The position numbers were made by a program, and so were the translations under genes. Below, piece after piece: positions 57,957 through 64,000 of a DNA stretch of 64,000 bases. The notes under the pieces were generated by a model. The model searched no databases. It was not told where the DNA came from and saw only the letters and a program-made list of their open reading frames with translations. Source of the stretch: a virus. Positions within the stretch are counted from its first letter, which is position 1; each line of letters begins with the position of its first letter. The DNA is taken from positions 1 through 64,000 of the IMG/VR virus record IMGVR_UViG_3300036795_000143; one strand, 5' to 3'.

Positions 57957-58029
57957 TGCGGCGTAGCTCAGTGCAGAGCGCCGGTCAGCGGACCGGAGGA
58001 CGCAGGTTCAACTCCTGCCGCCGCAGCCA
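57957..58029 (+). tRNA. tRNA-like gene with a 6-nt anticodon loop (identity undetermined)
   Basis: TGCGGCG/CGCCGCA, GCTC/GAGC, CCGGT-CAGCGG-ACCGG, GCAGG-TTCAACT-CCTGC, encoded G-CCA. Confidence 0.75.
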
Positions 58030-58030
58030 C

Positions 58031-58366
58031 CTACCAGCGCCGTGAGGCCACCAGCGGTCGTGCCGCTGGGCCAGCGATGAGACCCAGAGCGATTAGCGCG
58101 CGGATCCGGTTGGATTCCCTGGTGTTGCAGCCCCGGTGCGCCGGCACCAGGTTGGCGGGGTCATAGGGGTCGCCGCCTTGGGCCAGGCCGTGAATGTGGT
58201 GTGCGGTGCCAGCGAGCCGGTGGTTGTGCCGGGCTTGGGTGAACGCGTAGTCAATTGGTTTACCGCACAGGTAGCAGGGGGTGCGGTTGTATGCGCCGTC
58301 TGCCATGCACTGGGCTTGGGCTCGCCGCCAGCGTGATCCTTGTCGTCCTGGGCCTTTGCTGACCAC
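58031..58366 (-). CDS. Small HNH endonuclease (packaging-associated, HK97 gp74-like)
   Basis: RWRR, C.LCG.PID, T.HH......GG.P.D..NL.PAH..CN. Confidence 0.85.
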   Translation of the reverse strand: MVSKGPGRQGSRWRRAQAQCMADGAYNRTPCYLCGKPIDYAFTQARHNHRLAGTAHHIHGLAQGGDPYDPANLVPAHRGCNTRESNRIRALIALGLIAGPAARPLVASRRW

Positions 58367-58571
58367 GGCCTACCGCCTCGTCAAAGCATGCTTTATGTTC
58401 GCGGTGGTTTGTGTTGGCAATCGCACCACGTGTAACCCCGGCAGAGGTCGTGGGTGTCGGATTCACACGCGTCGCAGACGAAGTTCAGGAAAAGCATGCT
58501 TTGTTTACTCTCCTGTAATAGGCGGCAGTGCCGTAGGCCAGTGGCTTACGGCACTGCCGAAAGCATGCTTA

Positions 58572-58775
58572 TTAGAAGATGGGGCCGAGGGTGCCGAGGT
58601 GTCCGAGCTGGAGCACGGTGGCGCAGTTAGCGACGTTCACCGAGTGAGGCTGCGAACATGACCCGTAGTTGGGGTCGTTGTTGTGGTCGTCATCGGCCAG
58701 TGCGATACCGCCACCAGCGAGGGCCAATCCGGCAGTGACGGCCAGGACAGCGAGTGAAGCTGCAAGCTTACTCAT
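58572..58775 (-). CDS. Small secreted protein
   Basis: Signal peptide ending ALA-D; two Cys. Confidence 0.55.
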   Translation of the reverse strand: MSKLAASLAVLAVTAGLALAGGGIALADDDHNNDPNYGSCSQPHSVNVANCATVLQLGHLGTLGPIF

Positions 58776-59417
58776 GCGGTTAGGTCTCTCAATCGTGTCG
58801 GTAGTAGGACGAACGTCGCCGTAACGAGATGGTGCCTGGGTCAATCGGCGACGGCGGTACTAGGAGGTCGTCTTGACCGTCCTGCGCGGGCCACAGCCCG
58901 AGTACGTCGAGCAGGTAACGCAGGTCGTCAGCGTCTTGCGCGTAACGACTTATAGTGCGTCGGGCCCGGACTCGGTGTTGTTCTGTTAGCGGCGCGGCAC
59001 GACTCCCCTTCTTCAGTGGAACAGCAGGAACGCGAGTCCCGCGAGGAATCCGGTGAGGATGGTGAGTACCAGGACGGCCACTAGGGCGACCCCGAACACC
59101 AGGGCAATCATCCGAGTCACGCATTCGTAGGGACTCACTGAACGGTGAACGACTGGCCCTCGACTGCGGTGTGTGGGGCGTCGTGGGGCTGGTCGAGTTC
59201 GTGGTTGCTGGACAGTTTTTGTCAGCTTGCAGGAAGGTAGCGTTCGGTTTTTCGTGGCGCAACTCGTTGTAGTCAAAGCATGCTTTCGCTAGTCGTGGTG
59301 ATTGTTGCGTGGTGGTGGCTGGTTGACAGTGATTGACGGCGGCCGGTGAGTGGTGATGAATCAATCACTGGTTTTGTGCTTGACGGGGGCTGAGAATTAA
59401 CTTCACAACCGGGCGGT

Positions 59418-60197
59418 TCAGGACGCTTTCCGGTGCCGGTAGCGGTCTTCGAGCGCGGTCAGAACGTCGCGGATGCGGTACAGCGGGGGATGTTGGTCGG
59501 GTGCTGGAGTCAGCCGACCTCGGATTGCGTATCCACGGATCATGCTAGAGGTACAGCGGACGCCGACGATTCGCAAGAATCCGCTGATCTCGACGGCGGT
59601 TCCGAGGTGGTCACGGGCGACGTCGTTCATCCACGCTTGGCGCGCGGCGATGTCATGGCGGGCACCGCAGGCCGGGCAGATCGCGTATCGGTTCCACGGC
59701 AGGCCGTAGACCTCTTCGACGCAAACGCCGGTGGCGCACTGGCCGAGGAAGCACCGGCGGTCGTCGGGTCGATCGATCGCTCTACGGGCTTGGTGGATCG
59801 CGCTGGTGACCTCGTCGACGAGCTGGCCGGCGTCGGGGTGCATCCGGGCTGCCGCGATGTTGCGGACCAGCCAGCGGGCCAGCTGGGCGGTCGTGGGGGG
59901 CTTGTTGGCGTGGTCGGCCGAACCGCTCAGGGTGGTTGCCCACGCGTTGAGGGTGTGGTGCAGCACCCACGCGGTTTCCGCGATGTGGGTTTTGAACGGC
60001 AGCGGGCTTTCGTCACCGCTGGGGCCGTTCCCGTAGGGGCTGGTGAGCTGATCTTGCCGGGAGCGGGTGACGTCTAAGTCGTCTAGGAGGCTGGGGACGT
60101 CAGTGAGTTCGATGCGCAGCGCGACCGCGCAGGTACCGCAGAGCATCACGTCGGTGGCCGCGCCGCATTTGCAGCACGGGGTCATGTTCGCCGCCAC
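59418..60197 (-). CDS. Zn-ribbon plus C-terminal HTH protein, possible late-gene regulator
   Basis: LC..C...L...L..VP, R.IDRP, C..CG, LYR..DV; usual position upstream of the HNH. Confidence 0.6.
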   Translation of the reverse strand: MAANMTPCCKCGAATDVMLCGTCAVALRIELTDVPSLLDDLDVTRSRQDQLTSPYGNGPSGDESPLPFKTHIAETAWVLHHTLNAWATTLSGSADHANKPPTTAQLARWLVRNIAAARMHPDAGQLVDEVTSAIHQARRAIDRPDDRRCFLGQCATGVCVEEVYGLPWNRYAICPACGARHDIAARQAWMNDVARDHLGTAVEISGFLRIVGVRCTSSMIRGYAIRGRLTPAPDQHPPLYRIRDVLTALEDRYRHRKAS

Positions 60198-60602
60198 TGC
60201 GGGCTCAGCGGCGGCGCCGGTAGGCGCGGGCTCCGCGAGATGGGCAGCGTTTCGAGATCAGCGCCAGCGGAGTACCAACGCAGAATGGCCCATGCTGATT
60301 CGGCTGCGCGTTTCGCGTCAGGGTGCTGGTCTTGGGTGTCTTGCCAACACAGGACAACCCCACCGGGCGCTATGCAATCTGTTGGGGGGTCGTCGATAAC
60401 GCACCAGTCGGTGTCGGCGGTCGGTCCGCTGGCTACACGGTATTGGGGGCTGATGCTCACTCTGGTGTGCGCATACCGCCAGAGTAGGGCCTAGGTCGTG
60501 AATAACCTTCGACCCGCACCCCAGAATTAACGCGGGATGCGGGTCGAAGGGTGTTGCGGGTGCCTTCGCAGGCGGGGTGGTGACCAAGCAGCTTAATCCA
60601 AC

Positions 60603-61067
60603 TCAGCCACTGAACGCCGGCACGGGTACAGCAGCTTCCCAATCCGATTCGACGATTTCGGCTTCGACAACCACGTCCGGTGCCGGCGACGCGGCATCTT
60701 CGACCGCCGTCATGGCCTTGTCGTATGCCTTTTCCACGGCGTCTGGGATGCGGCCACGGCCACTGACCTCAATGTCGGGCTGGTTTTTGGCCCAGTCCCT
60801 GATCGCTTGGATACGTTCCTTCCGGGCGAGGGCCTTGGCCTTGTCGTCCTTGGTGTTGCTGCCCGAGCTGTTCGCGCTGGAGGTGGCGGCCTTCTTACGG
60901 GCTACCCTGATGAACCCGGCCAGCGAGTCACGGAGCTTGTCGGCGTTGTGGCCGGACAAGTCGATTTCGTAGTCGACACCGTCGACCGAGAACTCGATAG
61001 GTTCCACGTCTTCGCTGTGATTTCCGGTCAGGTCATCGATCCGGTGGATGATTACCTTCTCTGCCAT
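60603..61067 (-). CDS. lsr2: Lsr2-family nucleoid-associated protein
   Basis: IDDL.G, F..DG..YEIDL...NA..LR..L..F, IR.WA, VS.RGRIP..V..AY. Confidence 0.92.
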   Translation of the reverse strand: MAEKVIIHRIDDLTGNHSEDVEPIEFSVDGVDYEIDLSGHNADKLRDSLAGFIRVARKKAATSSANSSGSNTKDDKAKALARKERIQAIRDWAKNQPDIEVSGRGRIPDAVEKAYDKAMTAVEDAASPAPDVVVEAEIVESDWEAAVPVPAFSG

Positions 61068-61213
61068 GCTGCGCCCCCCTCTGGGGAAAGTTTTTGGAAT
61101 ACGTAGTAAAGCGGGTGCTGTATCCCGCTAGTTGGTCCCCCCCTAGCGAAACAGGGCGATGACGCCGAGCATGAACACGGCGATGATCAAATCGTCGACA
61201 ACGCTTGGCCAAC

Positions 61214-61993
61214 TCACGACGCTGCGGGATTCGGGGTGGGGTCGGTCATCGTGGTCCAGTGCTGGGGAACAACACGTCGCCGTTCGACCCACGCACCGGG
61301 TATGTGTTGCGCTAAAGCCAGCGCCTCAGGGAAGACCTTCACGTCGTTGACCAGGCAGGTAGGGCCGTCGTCGGGGTCGGTGGTGGTGAACACCGCGTAT
61401 TCGAACCATTCGTCGGCGCCCATCGTGACGTCGACTGTGCACGCCGGGCCGGCGTCACACAGGTCCGTGTTCGTGTTCGTTTCGTTCGTTGTTTCGGTGG
61501 TCTCGGTCCAGGGTTCGTTGTGGGTTCCACGGAGCACGGTGATGTCGTCGTATCTGGCTAGTTCCTTTACCGCTTCCTCAGCGAGGTCGCAGGCGGCTTC
61601 GGTGGTCATCCACAGGGGGCACTGATTAGCGATGATGTCGGCGAGGAGGTCACCGTCGATGCGGTGTGCGCGTTCCGCCGCGTCGAGGCGCTCACCGAGG
61701 CCGTCACGGTGTCGGCGGGCGGTCAGGGTGGCGTCGCGCCAGTAGTTCCGTTCGCTGCGGAGTTCGTCAACCTCGCGGCGTAGCTGTTCGAGCTGCTCGT
61801 CTAGCGCTCGCCTGGCTTCGATCCGGGCTGGCCACCCACCCGAGATTTTGAACAGTTCCTGGGTCAGTCGGTCGCGTTCGTCGCGCAGCTGGTTGCGTTC
61901 CTTTCGGTAACGCCTCGCGGTTTTCGCCAGCGCCTTGGCCTGGCCCCGCCAGTGGTCCAGCTCGTCTGAGGTGTCGGTGTCCCAGCCGCTCAT
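61214..61993 (-). CDS. Coiled-coil hypothetical protein
   Basis: Heptad-rich N-terminal half. Confidence 0.55.
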   Translation of the reverse strand: MSGWDTDTSDELDHWRGQAKALAKTARRYRKERNQLRDERDRLTQELFKISGGWPARIEARRALDEQLEQLRREVDELRSERNYWRDATLTARRHRDGLGERLDAAERAHRIDGDLLADIIANQCPLWMTTEAACDLAEEAVKELARYDDITVLRGTHNEPWTETTETTNETNTNTDLCDAGPACTVDVTMGADEWFEYAVFTTTDPDDGPTCLVNDVKVFPEALALAQHIPGAWVERRRVVPQHWTTMTDPTPNPAAS

Positions 61994-62241
61994 TTTGTGT
62001 CCCGTTCACGTGCGTGCAGGCTGACCAGGGTGACGATCAGCGCGATGAGCCAACCAACGGGCCACGCCAGAAGCGCCCACTGACGGTGATCGCCGTCGGG
62101 TGCGATCATCGCGAGGATCCACGCGATCAGGGGCGCGCCGGGCAGCAGGAAGACCACCAACCAGCTTTCCGGTGGTGACTTACTCGGTTTCGGTTTGGCC
62201 GGTAGGTCATCGGGTGGCCATTCGCGACCGTTGACTCTCAC
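61990..62241 (-). CDS. Two-TM membrane protein
   Basis: Hydrophobic helices; GTGA coupling. Confidence 0.5.
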   Translation of the reverse strand: MRVNGREWPPDDLPAKPKPSKSPPESWLVVFLLPGAPLIAWILAMIAPDGDHRQWALLAWPVGWLIALIVTLVSLHARERDTK

Positions 62242-62468
62242 TTTTTGCCCTCCGCGTGGATCACGGCGAGCATCACAGCGCGGTTCTTCGCATCCCACAG
62301 CAGGTTCAGTGCGGTAGTCAGCAGCTGGTCATCGGGCAGCATCCCCACCAAGATTTCGGCCTGTGCGGCGAACAGCGAGGACACTGCCTGTAGGTGCTCG
62401 GGCAGGTGGTCGTAGCGGAACAAACGCATCGCGGCGATGGTGGCGGGGTGGCGTCCTGTCAGGTCCAT
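62238..62468 (-). CDS. Small helical-hairpin phage protein (F.Y.HLP..LQ.VS family)
   Basis: FRYDHLPEHLQAVS..F...A..L...LP.....AL..L..AK..AV; AAGGAG RBS. Confidence 0.7.
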   Translation of the reverse strand: MDLTGRHPATIAAMRLFRYDHLPEHLQAVSSLFAAQAEILVGMLPDDQLLTTALNLLWDAKNRAVMLAVIHAEGKK

Positions 62469-62493
62469 TTCGCTCCTTGATTGCAAAGCATGC

Positions 62494-62985
62494 TTATTGT
62501 GGGTTTCGGCCGATGAGTGCCCGGCGGTCTTCGACGGTGCGGTTAAGGATCGCTAGGATTGTGTTCGGTTTCCACCCGAGGGCTTTTTCGAGCCGGGCCA
62601 GTGTGCGTGGTTCGTACGTGCAGCGTTGGCAGCCCTCGATTCGTCGCATGGTCTGCTCGGCTGGCCCACCGGCTTTCATCACGTCGAATTGGCTCATGCC
62701 GAGCCAATTGCGGCGCCCGAGGACGCAATCGGCTACGCCTTGCCAGTCGAGGGTTTCCCCACGGGTCCTGGGCAAATCCAGCGGCTCTTCGTCGTCGGTG
62801 GTGTCGGTGGTGTCGGGTGCGTAGCTGGCGAGGACAACCCGCAGTGTCCCCTCGGCGACTCCCATCGCGGCGATGGTGTGCCCACGGTGGTGTTGTTGTT
62901 TCGTTTCGGCGTTGATCGCGTCGTGTAGCAGCTGGGCGGCGTAGTTGACCGCGCTTTTCATTTCGTCATTACTGATGCGGTTCAT
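62494..62985 (-). CDS. XRE-type HTH protein
   Basis: RR..LGMSQ......G....TMRRIE....TLARLE.ALGW. Confidence 0.7.
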   Translation of the reverse strand: MNRISNDEMKSAVNYAAQLLHDAINAETKQQHHRGHTIAAMGVAEGTLRVVLASYAPDTTDTTDDEEPLDLPRTRGETLDWQGVADCVLGRRNWLGMSQFDVMKAGGPAEQTMRRIEGCQRCTYEPRTLARLEKALGWKPNTILAILNRTVEDRRALIGRNPQ

Positions 62986-62994
62986 GGGCGCGGG

Positions 62995-63390
62995 TCAATT
63001 AACGGAGCAGTTGTCGTCGGGGTGCCGGATCATCCGGATACCGGGGTGCTGGATCACTGGGTGGGGATTGCGTTCCACCCGCTGTTTCGTTTTCACCATT
63101 CGCGGTGGCCGGCACGAGATCAACGCGGCCTCAGTCAACGAGAACCCGATCGGTGAGACCTTCTCGCCCGCGTCCCACCGTCTGATGAAACCAACTGCGG
63201 TCGGTGGGGTGCGGAATTTGAATCGCAGCTGACGGTTCACGTCGAGGTAGGAGATGGTGTCTTTGGTGACTTTGATGTATCGCGCGTCGGGGACTTGCCG
63301 CATGATCGCTGCGGCGATAGCACACCGGGTGGTGATGCCGCGCTGCGCTATGGAGATCTCCTCGTCGGCGACTACTATGTCTTTCCTCAT
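62995..63390 (-). CDS. Hypothetical protein
   Basis: GGAGG RBS; C.IA.AI...TP.....FI..WD.G..V.P..F.L. Confidence 0.65.
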   Translation of the reverse strand: MRKDIVVADEEISIAQRGITTRCAIAAAIMRQVPDARYIKVTKDTISYLDVNRQLRFKFRTPPTAVGFIRRWDAGEKVSPIGFSLTEAALISCRPPRMVKTKQRVERNPHPVIQHPGIRMIRHPDDNCSVN

Positions 63391-63400
63391 GATTCCTCCG

Positions 63401-63772
63401 TTATAGGTCAGTTGCGCGCACTGACATAGGCCAGTTGCGCGCACTGACCCGTAGCTGATTGTTTGCGTCGGCATGTACTCCAGCGTCGAATTGCGCTTGG
63501 AATATCGCTTCCATGTCGTTCGCGGGGACCTCGGTGGGGTGGTCGGAGCGGTGCAGGATCCGCTGGTGGCGCAGTCCCCACCGCGCCACCAGCTGGATCC
63601 CGACCTCGGCCTTGCCCCCGCCTATGTCCTCGATGTAGGACTCCCAGCGGGCTTCCCGAACTGCGCGCGCTTCGCGCCAGCCCTGGACCAGTGCGGTGAA
63701 AGCCCACACACCGGTCCCTAGTGGTATGAGCGCGAAGAGCGCGAGCATCGGGTAAAGCAAGACCCGTCCCAT
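63401..63772 (-). CDS. Membrane-anchored hypothetical protein
   Basis: N-terminal TM. Confidence 0.5.
   Translation of the reverse strand: MGRVLLYPMLALFALIPLGTGVWAFTALVQGWREARAVREARWESYIEDIGGGKAEVGIQLVARWGLRHQRILHRSDHPTEVPANDMEAIFQAQFDAGVHADANNQLRVSARNWPMSVRATDL
63403..63448. promoter_or_regulatory. Tandem 23-bp quasi-palindromic operator-like repeat
   Basis: ATAGG(T/C)CAGTTGCGCGCACTGAC twice, just upstream of the RBS of 62995..63390. Confidence 0.6.
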
Positions 63773-64000
63773 GGTCAGCTACCCGAAACAATCACGGGTG
63801 AGCCCTGCGGGATGGGAATGACTCGAACCTTGCCGTCCTTGATGGCCTGGTTCACGGCCAGCTTCTGCTGGTAATCCAGGTAGCCCTGGATTCCACCGGG
63901 GAACCGCTCAGCGGCAGTGCGGTCGGTGTCAGCGGTGGCGCTACGCAAACCAGCGGCCTGGTTGTTCTCGATCTCACCGTTCAGCACGTCCGGCAGGGTC

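Larger units (their letters stand above)
57333..62495. promoter_or_regulatory. Ten copies of the palindrome (A)AAGCATGCTT
   Basis: Starts at 57333, 57359, 57385, 57408, 57654, 58383, 58491, 58560, 59275, 62485. Confidence 0.85.

Noticed and set aside
58572-58775. Chaplin assignment
   Set aside because: Only the signal peptide and SVNV resemble chaplins; the SPG..SGN motif is absent
1-64000. Integrase, reverse transcriptase/DGR or DNA polymerase
   Set aside because: No R-H-R-Y, serine-recombinase, YxDD or polymerase motifs recognised in any ORF

Overview
High-GC (roughly 64% by eye) window from an actinobacterial siphovirus or prophage. The host is probably a filamentous actinomycete, judging from XRE-DUF5753/DUF397 and Lsr2 genes. 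The minus strand from about 39 kb down to 12 kb carries a complete HK97-type morphogenesis and lysis operon: terminase, portal, protease, capsid, head-tail genes, tail assembly chaperone, a short tape measure, minor tail and fibre proteins, a permuted NlpC/P60 protein, a DUF1906 endolysin and a holin candidate. It is flanked by accessory genes, three dispersed tRNAs and one aberrant tRNA. No integrase, DNA polymerase or primase is recognisable. The most unusual part is a plus-strand island at about 46.8-57.4 kb, next to a probable genome-end (cos-like) region. It holds a RuvB homolog with a shortened RuvA-contact hairpin, a roughly 500-nt highly structured non-coding segment ending in a tRNA-like element, and a run of small genes separated by seven copies of a roughly 60-bp imperfect palindrome. 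That repeat usually begins at the upstream gene's stop codon and is laid out like an integron attC site, so it is either a gene-cassette array or an RNA-processing punctuation system. Ten copies of the palindrome AAGCATGCTT mark the far side of the island. All assignments come from visual motif recognition; no searches were run.
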